A stretch of 64,000 nucleotides of DNA, taken from the NCBI GenBank assembly GCA_965222575.1, contig OZ244958.1:320001-384000 (forward strand). The letters are read 5' to 3'. The translations under genes and the position numbers were made by a program. Within the stretch, counting starts at the first letter, position 1; each line of letters opens with the position of its first letter. The notes beneath the pieces are model-generated. The model was not told the DNA's origin, ran no database searches, and saw nothing but the letters and a program-made list of their open reading frames with translations. Source of the stretch: Alphaproteobacteria bacterium (GTDB lineage Bacteria; Pseudomonadota; Alphaproteobacteria; G965222575). Below, piece after piece: positions 19,219-28,297 of this stretch.

Positions 19219-20286
19219 ATGAGTGAAAAAACAGAACCCCCTACGGATAAGAAGATAAGAGACTCCCGAAAAAAGGGGCAAGTCGCAAACAGCAAAGAGT
19301 TAGTGTCGGCTTTCATGCTCACTGTTATACTGATGTATTTTTGGGTTACCTCGGACTTTTTGCTCACTCATTTTACAAAACTCATTTCACTGCCCGCCGA
19401 TTTTTACGAGCTCCCCTTTCGTGATGCGCTACCGGGCGTCTTCAAAGCCTTGTTTAAGCATGTTTTTCTTATCCTCCTCCCTGTCATAGGCCTGACTCTC
19501 ATAGGCGGTATTTTTATCAATTTCGTACAAGTAGGCCCTCTTCTAGCTTTTCAAGGGCTCAAACCGGATTTGAAGAAACTCAATCCTGCCCAAGGTATGA
19601 AAAAAATCTTTGCCATGAAAAATCTCGTGGAGTTTATCAAATCCTCTGTGAAAATCTGCTTTTTAGGAACATTGATGTTCTTGCTGGTGAAAAATGCCAT
19701 TGCAGACCTCGTGATAGCCCCAGCCTTTGGCATTGGCAGCATTATAGACATAGGGGCTGACCAATTCAAAAAGGTCATTATCTACACGCTTTTAGCCTTC
19801 GCGCTGGTGGCGGCGTTTGATGTGTTCTATCAACGCATGCGCTATACAAAAGATTTAATGATGTCCAAAGATGAAATCAAGCGTGAGTACAAAGAACAAG
19901 AGGGCGACCCCCTTATCAAGAGTAAACGCAAACAATTCCACAGAGAAATGATAGAGGGAGGAGTAGAAAAAAAGGTGGCCTCTTCCTCTGCTGTGGTGAC
20001 TAATCCTACGCATTGCGCTGTTGCCATTACCTATAAAGCAGAAAAAACGCCTCTACCAGTGATTGTCGCTAAGGCAGAAGGAACAAGGGCTCAAAGAATC
20101 ATTGAAATTGCGAAAAAAGCTTCTGTGCCTATCATGCAAAATATTCCCCTTGCAAGAGGTCTTTATGAAGCAGCAGAGTGTGATCACTATATTCCTTCCG
20201 ATTTCATTGAGCCGGTGGCGGAAGTGTTGCAATGGGTTCAACAATTAAAATCCCAAACACCCTCCTCTGAGAACAGCACGCCGTAG
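19219..20286 (+). CDS. sctU: T3SS export switch SctU
   Basis: MSEKTEPPT.KK.RDSRKKGQV, KREYKEQEGDP and the NPTH autocleavage motif. Confidence 0.96.
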   Translation: MSEKTEPPTDKKIRDSRKKGQVANSKELVSAFMLTVILMYFWVTSDFLLTHFTKLISLPADFYELPFRDALPGVFKALFKHVFLILLPVIGLTLIGGIFINFVQVGPLLAFQGLKPDLKKLNPAQGMKKIFAMKNLVEFIKSSVKICFLGTLMFLLVKNAIADLVIAPAFGIGSIIDIGADQFKKVIIYTLLAFALVAAFDVFYQRMRYTKDLMMSKDEIKREYKEQEGDPLIKSKRKQFHREMIEGGVEKKVASSSAVVTNPTHCAVAITYKAEKTPLPVIVAKAEGTRAQRIIEIAKKASVPIMQNIPLARGLYEAAECDHYIPSDFIEPVAEVLQWVQQLKSQTPSSENSTP

Positions 20287-20365
20287 CATACAAGAAACAC
20301 AATTTTAAGCATTTAGAGATAGCCTATTGCCACGTAAAGGAAGTAAATCTATAGTGTAACTAGGT

Positions 20366-21763
20366 ATGCCTGCCATAAAACAGAATCCTGCTACTTTATT
20401 GGCGAGTACAGCGGTTGCTCAAAAGAATAATCAAAAAGAGGAGCAATTACTTGGCCGATCTGTTACTCTTTCGGCAAGTCGACAACAATTAAAAGAGAAT
20501 CCTGCTGCTTCGTTGGCGCATGCAGCGGTTAATCAAAAGAATAATGAAAAGCAATTACTTGACCGATCTGTTAGTCTTTCGGCAAGGCACCAACCCTCTA
20601 ATCAAGTCAACCCCTCGAAGAATCAAAGCCTAAATTCCTTAAAACCCTTGGGGCAAGATGTATTATTAGGGGAGAAAACCCCCTCATTTCTGCAGGGGAT
20701 TAATCAACATCTGTCTTTTAACGAAGTGGTGGCAACCTTTGTTGGGCCAGAGGTAATTGTTGACAATATGGAAGACCTCATCAAGACCTTGGAGGGGGCG
20801 AACAATGACTCTGTGACACATTGTACTCATCAACTGCTCTCTTCTTTGGAAAATGAACATGAGCAGTTGGAGCAACAAGCATGGAGTCTTGTTAGTGAAG
20901 AGGTTGCTGAAAAAGTACAACCAAGGACAGAACCCTTAAAAAGGGAAGAGGGCTTTGAGAAAAGCGATGTGTTGAAATTGTGGTCAGCGACATCAACGAC
21001 ATCAAATGCAGAGAAGCAATTTTACGACATGAAAGAAGAACTTGAGCAATTAAATTCCCATCTTCAACAAGAGGAGGAACATATATCATTTGCCCCTGCT
21101 CCTGTTAAAGCTTTACAGAGAAGTCAGGAGTATTTATCGCAAATACAACAAGATTCTAAGTCAAGAATCAAGTCTTTCAAAAAGCCGTTGCGACAACTAT
21201 CTCATCGTTTAAGTACTGAAATCCAAGACCGAAAAAGAAGTATAGAAAACGATCTCCCGTTATTAGAAAAGGAAGCAAGAAAAGCAAAGGAAGGAAAGAA
21301 AAGAAAAGCACCACAGGTGCGGCAATTGTCTGATTTATTAGAAAAGGTCAAGCAAAATAATATGAAAATTGTTTATGTGAAAGCGTTGGCTCAAGAAGGA
21401 AGCAAAACAGCTTCGAAAATAGCGAATCATTTAAGAGAAAACTTAGGCTCTATGCCTAAACCTACGCCACCTATGCCTACACCTGCGCCACCTATGCCTA
21501 AAGCTACGCCACCTACGCCTACACCTGCGCCACCTACGCCTACACCTGCGCCACCTATGCCTAAAGCTAAGCCACCTACGCCTACACCTGCGCCACCTAC
21601 GCCTACACCTGCGCCACCTACGCCTACACCTGCGCCACCTATGCCTACACCTGCGCCACCTATGCCTAAAGCTAAGCCACCTACGCCACCTACGCCTACA
21701 CCTACGCCACCTACGCCTAAAGCTAAGCCACCTACGCCTAGTAGATGGAGCATGGATATTTAG
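20366..21763 (+). CDS. Hypothetical protein with coiled coil and Pro-rich C-terminus; candidate T3SS effector
   Basis: 465-aa ORF right after sctU; duplicated N-terminal ~38-aa unit; PTPTPAP repeats. Confidence 0.7.
   Translation: MPAIKQNPATLLASTAVAQKNNQKEEQLLGRSVTLSASRQQLKENPAASLAHAAVNQKNNEKQLLDRSVSLSARHQPSNQVNPSKNQSLNSLKPLGQDVLLGEKTPSFLQGINQHLSFNEVVATFVGPEVIVDNMEDLIKTLEGANNDSVTHCTHQLLSSLENEHEQLEQQAWSLVSEEVAEKVQPRTEPLKREEGFEKSDVLKLWSATSTTSNAEKQFYDMKEELEQLNSHLQQEEEHISFAPAPVKALQRSQEYLSQIQQDSKSRIKSFKKPLRQLSHRLSTEIQDRKRSIENDLPLLEKEARKAKEGKKRKAPQVRQLSDLLEKVKQNNMKIVYVKALAQEGSKTASKIANHLRENLGSMPKPTPPMPTPAPPMPKATPPTPTPAPPTPTPAPPMPKAKPPTPTPAPPTPTPAPPTPTPAPPMPTPAPPMPKAKPPTPPTPTPTPPTPKAKPPTPSRWSMDI
21452..21740 (+). 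repeat. About 13 imperfect 21-bp units encoding Pro-rich heptads
   Basis: Variants of cctacgcctacacctgcgcca. Confidence 0.93.
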
Positions 21764-21776
21764 AGCTTTTGGGGAA

Positions 21777-21860
21777 GGCTGGAGGTCTCTGGCTGGAAGT
21801 CTCTGGCTGGAGGTCTCTGGCTGGAGGTCTCTGGCTGGAAGTCTCTGGCTGGAAGTCTCT
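21777..21860. repeat. 6 x 14-bp intergenic tandem repeat
   Basis: ggctgga(g/a)gtctct x6, contiguous. Confidence 0.95.
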
Positions 21861-21913
21861 TACTTCCTAAAAGAGATGTCCTTCTCGTAAAAAATCAGGA
21901 GGGCATGACAAAA

Positions 21914-22053
21914 GCCCCTAGAAAATTGTTGCTGCCCCTACAAAATTGTTGCTGCCCCTAGAAAATTGTTGCTGCCCCTACAAAATTGTTGCTGCCCCTA
22001 CAAAATTGTTGCTGCCCCTACAAAATTGTTGCTGCCCCTACAAAATTGTTGCT
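21914..22053. repeat. 7 x 20-bp intergenic tandem repeat
   Basis: gccccta(c/g)aaaattgttgct x7, contiguous, ending about 30 bp before radC. Confidence 0.95.
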
Positions 22054-22085
22054 GATGTTGTAGCAACCCTTTATACTGCCCTCAT

Positions 22086-22709
22086 ATGAAAACGTCTGAT
22101 TTCCATAGGCTGATGACTTTAGAGAAGGTTTTGTCAGTGGTACTACAAAAAGCTGGGTTTCGTATACCCGCTGAGTTGTCTTACTATAGCTTAACAGAAC
22201 TGCTTCACCTCACCCACACACAGCAGCTCCCTGAAAATGTCTTGCCCGAAGAAGCAGTCCAATTCCTTGCAGGCTTTTTCCACTTATCTGCTAGAATGCA
22301 AGACAATACCATCAAAAATCTTCATATTACCGCTTCAAAAGAAAAGCTCCTACAGCATTTTTATGTCCGTTTCTCTTGCCTCCACTTAGAAATCCTGTAC
22401 GCTTTTATTCTCAGTGCTGAAAAAGGGATACACACCTCTCTTCTGCTGGAAGCCGGCACCAAGAAAAAAATCAATCTCATCCCTAAAGACCTCCTCAATA
22501 AAATTCTCCCGCACTTTAGCCACTCCTCCATGTCTGTTCTGCTACTACACAATCATCCAAGTGGCATCGCCGACCCTTCTAAAGAAGATATTCTTTTCAC
22601 CAAACACATACAGAACTCTTTAATTTCGTTGAATATTCCTCTCTATGATCATTGGATTATTGGTCATAATACCTATTTTAGTTTCAAAAACCAGGGGCTT
22701 ATCCTCTGA
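22086..22709 (+). CDS. radC: RadC-like JAB/MPN domain protein
   Basis: HNHPSG..PS.ED...T...DHWIIG...YFSF. Confidence 0.88.
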   Translation: MKTSDFHRLMTLEKVLSVVLQKAGFRIPAELSYYSLTELLHLTHTQQLPENVLPEEAVQFLAGFFHLSARMQDNTIKNLHITASKEKLLQHFYVRFSCLHLEILYAFILSAEKGIHTSLLLEAGTKKKINLIPKDLLNKILPHFSHSSMSVLLLHNHPSGIADPSKEDILFTKHIQNSLISLNIPLYDHWIIGHNTYFSFKNQGLIL

Positions 22710-22724
22710 GCTCCCCGCATAACC

Positions 22725-24860
22725 TCATACTTGCAGGTCGGTAAAAATAGTACGGGCAAATTCCAGCGATTGCTCGAGAAGCGCTAAATATTGCTCTCTC
22801 CTTGCGTCGTTTTTTATTTCACTAGCATCCACTTCGAGTCCTATTGCATTTTCTATCCGTTGCAGTGTCTCTGAAACGGTACCCCTGTCGCTGATACCTA
22901 AGACCTCAAGGAATTTTTTTGGGGTTTCGATCTGGTGCCCCAAGTCCGCCCATATCCCTTGAATCTCCTGCCATTCTTCAAGATTGTTTCCTACTATCTG
23001 TTGCATCTGTCCTTCTAGGTCTAGTGCTTGTCTCCCAGCAGGCCCAACGGACTTAATATCTTCTAGGGGGGCATACATAGCAGTGATAAACTCCCGCGTT
23101 TTCTTGATAAGCGCTACATGTTGCTCTTTCTCTGCGTCCCCTCCCATGGTACTAGCATCCGTTCTTTCTGATTGTGCAATTCCCCCTTCTATCTGTTTCA
23201 TTATCTCTGCAGGGGTATCCCTGTCGTTGATACCTAAGACATCAAGGAAGTCTTGTGGGGTTTCGACCGCTAGCCCAAAGTCCTGATATCCCTCTTGAAT
23301 CTCCCGCCAGTCGTTAGGAAGAGCGTTCATTGTCTGTTGCACCCGTCCTTTTAGGTCTAGTCCTTGATTTTCTCCTACTATGTCTTGCATCTGTCCTTCT
23401 AGGTTTAGGTCTTGATTTTCTCTTACTGTCTGTTGCGTCTGTCCTTCTAGGTCTAGTTCTTGTCTCCTCATACGCTCAACGGGTCCAGTATCTTCTATGG
23501 GGACAAATGCACCAAGGACAAATTCCCGCAATTGCTTGATAAACGCTACATATTGCTCTTTCTTTTCGGCGTCTATGGCACTAGCATCCACATCTTGTTC
23601 CGATATCTCTTGTATCTGTGCCAGTATCTCTGGAACGGTATCCGTATTATCTTTGGTGATACCTAAGACATCAAGGATTTGTTTTGAGTTTTCGACCTCT
23701 ATCCCCAAGGCCTGAGCTTTCTCTTGAATCCCCTGCCATGCCTCAAAATTTCCTTTTACTGTCTGTTCTAGCCGTCCGGGTATGTTTGCTCCTAGTGCGT
23801 TGAACCAAGCCTTGCGAACGGAATCAATAATGCTGTCCCCTTTATCAGATGTTAAACTCTCTCTTAAATCAGATATAGCATAAAATTTCTGTACCAATTT
23901 TTCCTTATGTTTTTCAAAACTTAAGATATTCTTAAAGTCCTCTCCTCCAGAAAAATTGGAGAGACGGCTTAGCTTGTTTAGGTCTTGTGTTAAGGAGTTC
24001 ATCACACCTCCTAGTTTTTGTCGGCGGTCATTGAAAAAAGCTTGGGCCTGCTTGTAGCGCTTAGCAGAATCTCTAAACAATAGTCCTCCCGTTGCTCTAT
24101 TCCATTTTTGCTTTTTTTTCAGAGGTTGGTATTCCTCTTCCTGTAAATTGAGAGCCACTAGCTCGTCGCTTTTAGACTGAAGATTCTTACTGACAACTTT
24201 TAGCTGTTCTTGTACAAGACTCTCAAACTCTTTTGGTTCAGAGACGTTTGTAGCAGCCAACAAGGAGACATCAATTCCTTCTCGTTTCAAATTTTTGTTT
24301 ATCTCATCAAAGTGTACAAAAGCCCTGTCTAATCTTTCACCCATCTGCTCTAGTTCCGTATCACAGCGGTCTACAACCTCTGCTTTTGTCATTGTCTCTA
24401 ACTTTTGTATATAGGCATCAGGTAACTGATCCCCTATAAAAAATTGTTTCAACAGAGAGTGATTGATATGCTGGGCTTGTTCTCTAACACTGGAAGGGAC
24501 ATCAGGCCCCTTAAAGACCTCACCTGTCAAGCTTTCTTCTTCCCATTTCACAAAGCCTTTAACATCGTCAGACGTAATAAGCCCGTACTTATGGTTACAT
24601 TGAAGAAAGCTAGAAAAATCTCGCTCAATTTTTCTCTGGTCCTTGTGTCCCATGCCGCTTTCTGCTAAGTGCTGGGCAACAGCGTGCTTCACTTGTGCGT
24701 TAGAGTGCGAGACCTTTGCTTGTTCCCCTGGTGTCATCACATGCTTAATATCACGCTTTGCAATTCCCTCATGGAGCACAACAACCTTGCCGCTTGCCCC
24801 CTCTGTTCTCACCGGATAGTTACCCTGCGTGCTGAGAATGTCTCCTAAACCAATATTCAT
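22725..24860 (-). CDS. Hypothetical protein, paralogue A1, with 3 copies of a C-terminal module; candidate effector
   Basis: 711-aa ORF with the same start as 24973..26721 (MNIGLGDILSTQGN); repeated W..IQ.....LG..VE.....L.VLGI module. Confidence 0.75.
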   Translation of the reverse strand: MNIGLGDILSTQGNYPVRTEGASGKVVVLHEGIAKRDIKHVMTPGEQAKVSHSNAQVKHAVAQHLAESGMGHKDQRKIERDFSSFLQCNHKYGLITSDDVKGFVKWEEESLTGEVFKGPDVPSSVREQAQHINHSLLKQFFIGDQLPDAYIQKLETMTKAEVVDRCDTELEQMGERLDRAFVHFDEINKNLKREGIDVSLLAATNVSEPKEFESLVQEQLKVVSKNLQSKSDELVALNLQEEEYQPLKKKQKWNRATGGLLFRDSAKRYKQAQAFFNDRRQKLGGVMNSLTQDLNKLSRLSNFSGGEDFKNILSFEKHKEKLVQKFYAISDLRESLTSDKGDSIIDSVRKAWFNALGANIPGRLEQTVKGNFEAWQGIQEKAQALGIEVENSKQILDVLGITKDNTDTVPEILAQIQEISEQDVDASAIDAEKKEQYVAFIKQLREFVLGAFVPIEDTGPVERMRRQELDLEGQTQQTVRENQDLNLEGQMQDIVGENQGLDLKGRVQQTMNALPNDWREIQEGYQDFGLAVETPQDFLDVLGINDRDTPAEIMKQIEGGIAQSERTDASTMGGDAEKEQHVALIKKTREFITAMYAPLEDIKSVGPAGRQALDLEGQMQQIVGNNLEEWQEIQGIWADLGHQIETPKKFLEVLGISDRGTVSETLQRIENAIGLEVDASEIKNDARREQYLALLEQSLEFARTIFTDLQV

Positions 24861-24915
24861 GATAAAAATCCCTGTGCTGTTTTGTACTCTTTTTAGACCT
24901 TACAAAGAAAAAATT

Positions 24916-24974
24916 AAAAAAATCAATCTCATTCTAAAGAAGATATTCTTTTCACCAAACACATACAGAACTCT
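24916..24974 (+). pseudogene. Fused radC fragments (duplication scar)
   Basis: 24916-24932 matches radC 22464-22480 and 24932-24974 matches radC 22577-22619. Confidence 0.85.
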
Positions 24975-26721
24975 ATACAAGTAGTTTTGTAAAAGTATCA
25001 CGGGCAAATTCCATGGATTGCTTGAGAAGCGGTACATATTGATCTCTCCTTGAGTCTTTTATGGCACTAATATCCACTTGGCGTCCTATTACATCTTCTA
25101 TGCGTTGCAATATCTCTAGAACGGTATTCTTGTTGTTGACCCCTAAGACCTTAAGGAATTTTCGTGGGGTTTCGACCTGTTGCCCCAAGGCCGCCCATTT
25201 CTCTTGAATCCCCTTCCATTCATCAAGCTTTTCTCCTACTATGTCTTGCATCTGTCCTTCTAGGTTTAGGTCTTGATTTTCTCTTACTGTCTGTTGCGTC
25301 TGTCCTTCTAGGTCTAGTTCTTGTCTCCTCATACGCTCAACGGGCCCAGTATCTTCTATGGGGGCAAATGCCCCAAGGACAAATTCCTGCAATTGCTTGA
25401 TAAACGCTACATATTGCTCTTTCTTTTCGGCGGCTATGGCACTAGTATCCACATCTTGTTCCGATATCTCTTGTATCTGTGTTAGTATCTCTGAAACGGT
25501 ATTCTTATAATTTTTGGTGATACCTAAGACATTAAAGATTTGTTTTGAGGTTTCGACCTCTATCCCCAAGGCCTGAGCTTTCTCTTGAATCCCCTGCCAT
25601 GCCTCAAAATTTCCTTCTATTGTCCGTTCTAGCCGTCCGTATATGTTTGCTCCTAGTGTGCTGTCCCAAGCCTTGCGAACGGCAACAATAATGCTGTCCC
25701 CTTTATCAGATGCTAAACTCTCTCTTAAATCAGATATAGCATCAAAGCGCTGTAAAAAAATTTCCTTATTTTTTCCAAACCTTAAGATATCCTTCAAGTC
25801 CTTTCCTCCAGAAATCTCGGAGAGATGGCTTAGCTTGGTGAGTTCTGCTGTTAAGGCGCCCCCCACCTTTTGTAGTTTTTCTCGGCGGCCATGGAAAGAC
25901 GCTTTGACCTCCTTGTAGCGCTTAGCAGAATCTCTAAACAATAGTCCTCCCGTTGCGCTATTCAATTTTTTCCTTCTTTTCAGAGGTTGGTATTTCTCTT
26001 CCTGTGAATCGAGATCAAATAGCTCTTTGAGGTTAGACCCAATATTCTTATTGATAGTTTTTAGCTGTTCTTTTACAAGATTCTTAAACTCTTCTGGGTC
26101 AGAGACGTTTACAGCAGCCAACAAGTCAACATCAATTCCTTCTCGTTTCAAATTTTCGTTTATCCCATCAAAGTACTCAATAGCCTTATCTAATTCTTGA
26201 TGCATCTGCTCTAGTTCCGTATCACAGCGGTCTAAAATCCCTTCTTTTGTCACTGTCTTTAAATTTTGTGTATAGGTATCAGGTAACTGATCCCCTAGAA
26301 AAAAATCTTGCAACAGAGGCACCCCTATACGCTGGGCTTGTTCTCTGACACTGGAAGGGACATCAGGCCTATTAAAGACCTCCTTTATCAAGGCTTGTCC
26401 TTCCCATTTTACAAAGGCTTTAACATCTTCAGACGTAATAAACCCCTCCCTATTGTGATATTGAAGAAAGCCCGTAAAATCTCGCTCGACTTTTCTCTGG
26501 TCCTTGTGTCCCATGCCGCTTTCTGCTAAGTGCTGGGCAACAGCGTGCTTCACTTGTTCGTTAGAGCGCGAGACCTTTGCTTGTTGCTCTGGTGTCACAC
26601 ACTTAATATCACGCGCCCTTACAAATCCCTCACGGAACACAACAACCTTGCCGCTTTCCGCCTCTGCTCTCACCGGAAAGTTACCCTGCGTGCTGAGAAT
26701 ATCTCCTAAACCAATATTCAT
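24973..26721 (-). CDS. Hypothetical protein, paralogue A2, with 2 copies of the C-terminal module; candidate effector
   Basis: 582-aa ORF with long near-identical DNA stretches shared with 22725..24860. Confidence 0.75.
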   Translation of the reverse strand: MNIGLGDILSTQGNFPVRAEAESGKVVVFREGFVRARDIKCVTPEQQAKVSRSNEQVKHAVAQHLAESGMGHKDQRKVERDFTGFLQYHNREGFITSEDVKAFVKWEGQALIKEVFNRPDVPSSVREQAQRIGVPLLQDFFLGDQLPDTYTQNLKTVTKEGILDRCDTELEQMHQELDKAIEYFDGINENLKREGIDVDLLAAVNVSDPEEFKNLVKEQLKTINKNIGSNLKELFDLDSQEEKYQPLKRRKKLNSATGGLLFRDSAKRYKEVKASFHGRREKLQKVGGALTAELTKLSHLSEISGGKDLKDILRFGKNKEIFLQRFDAISDLRESLASDKGDSIIVAVRKAWDSTLGANIYGRLERTIEGNFEAWQGIQEKAQALGIEVETSKQIFNVLGITKNYKNTVSEILTQIQEISEQDVDTSAIAAEKKEQYVAFIKQLQEFVLGAFAPIEDTGPVERMRRQELDLEGQTQQTVRENQDLNLEGQMQDIVGEKLDEWKGIQEKWAALGQQVETPRKFLKVLGVNNKNTVLEILQRIEDVIGRQVDISAIKDSRRDQYVPLLKQSMEFARDTFTKLLV

Positions 26722-26959
26722 GATAAAAATCCCTGTGCTGTTTTGGTATCTTTATTAGACCTTACGCAGAAAAAATAAAAAAAATCCTACTTGCCCGTAT
26801 TAGACCTCTTATTTATTTTGAGTGAGCCGCTTTCGGTAGTACTTGGGATATTGTGGGGGTTTTGAGAGAGGGAAAAGTGGGTACTATACACTTTGTTAAG
26901 TGAAAAGTCTTACTCTTAGTCTTTGATATTAGTTAAGATGTTGGAGATAAATAGGGAAC

Positions 26960-28225
26960 ATGCCTTTTGGTAGGATTGATAAGTCTTCTCCCCCGCCTGA
27001 AGCGTCAGCGGTTGTTGGAGAGCAAGCTGTAGGGAAAAAGGGGGGAAAGGGAGCATTAGGCAAGCGTTCTGTGGAGCAAAAGGAGGGCTCCCCTATAGAG
27101 AGGGGAGAGGTGAGCAGCAAGGAAGGAGGAGGGATTTTTAAGAAGCTTAAGGAGAGGGTTGTAAGCAAGTTTAGCAGGAAGAGAGAGGTTTCTCCGGAGG
27201 CGGGGTTACCGAGGGGTACGAAGGGGGCTTCTGAGGGGCTTTCGCGGGAGAAAAGTGCTTTGGAAGCGCGGTTGCCGAGCGGCATGAAGCTTAAGGAGAT
27301 GGAGTCTATCTTAATCAAGTGCGGGGGCAACACGGATTTAAACTTGAAGCACTTGTCGGAAGGAGAGAAAATATTACGGGTGAAGGATGAGTTACAAGGG
27401 CTTGTTGCTGATAGGAGTAAAGAGTATGCGGAAGCGGCCGAAAAAGCGCCGATTAAGGAGGCGCATGTGAAGGCGATTGAACGTCTGCGTGTGCGGGCGG
27501 CGGAAATTGAACTGAAGATAAGAGGAGGAAAAATAGGCAATAAAGAGCAGATGAAACACAGTCAGGAAGTGCTTCATAAGGTAAGAGAACATTTACAACG
27601 CGAGGAGGAAGGGCTGTCTCGTTACGGCGATGTTGGCACGGAGCGTGACAAGATGAAGGCGTCTTTGGAGATGACGCGTTTTTCAAAATCAACGGGAGAG
27701 ATACGGGACTTCATCACGCAGTATCGGTATCATCTAGGCAGTCAGAAAGTGCTTCAGGCAGAGGGTATGCAGAAGGGTACTAGCCCAGAGCCTCTACAGG
27801 AGCGTTTTACGAAAGCCTGTCAAAAGCATCCAGAAGAATGGGCAGCAGTAAAGGAGAATTTAGAAGAGCAACGGGAGACTCGCCGGCGTGAGCAGCTGAT
27901 AAAGAAAGCTGGAACAGGCCGCGCCATGAAGTCCTACATGGCTTTTTCAAGAGGTTTTCCGGGCAATACAGACTTGGGAGCCGTTGCGTCGGCGAATGTT
28001 TTAGGAGAGAATTTTTGGTCCTCACACAAGCCTTTTAGTATGTCGGATGGGCAAGCTTTTGTAGAATTGCTTGGGGGGCGCATGGAGTCGCAAAGTCAAC
28101 AAGATATGCGCACAGATATCCTGTTTAGGGAGAGCAATCCTTTGGTTGAAGCTGGAAGTGCGGAGACGGATGCGGACCACGAATTGTGGCTTCAGTGTCG
28201 TGAGTTTGCCCACAGCTTTTTGTAG
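26960..28225 (+). CDS. Hypothetical protein; candidate T3SS effector
   Basis: 421-aa ORF with RBS; disordered S/P/G-rich N-terminus containing GALGKRSVEQ. Confidence 0.65.
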   Translation: MPFGRIDKSSPPPEASAVVGEQAVGKKGGKGALGKRSVEQKEGSPIERGEVSSKEGGGIFKKLKERVVSKFSRKREVSPEAGLPRGTKGASEGLSREKSALEARLPSGMKLKEMESILIKCGGNTDLNLKHLSEGEKILRVKDELQGLVADRSKEYAEAAEKAPIKEAHVKAIERLRVRAAEIELKIRGGKIGNKEQMKHSQEVLHKVREHLQREEEGLSRYGDVGTERDKMKASLEMTRFSKSTGEIRDFITQYRYHLGSQKVLQAEGMQKGTSPEPLQERFTKACQKHPEEWAAVKENLEEQRETRRREQLIKKAGTGRAMKSYMAFSRGFPGNTDLGAVASANVLGENFWSSHKPFSMSDGQAFVELLGGRMESQSQQDMRTDILFRESNPLVEAGSAETDADHELWLQCREFAHSFL

Positions 28226-28297
28226 TTCACACCTTGAAACGGGCTATTTTGTTGAGTATGATAGCCTAGAGACGAGCTTCGTAAAGAATGAGGTTGT

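Noticed and set aside
14082-20286. Flagellar export genes (fliI/fliR/flhB)
   Set aside because: The motifs are YscN/YscT/YscU-like, an inner-rod gene is present, and no flagellar genes are nearby.
21427-21753. Gly-rich antisense ORF
   Set aside because: It is the reverse complement of the Pro-rich repeat.
21777-22053. CRISPR array
   Set aside because: The units are contiguous with no unique spacers, they are too short, and there are no cas genes in the window.
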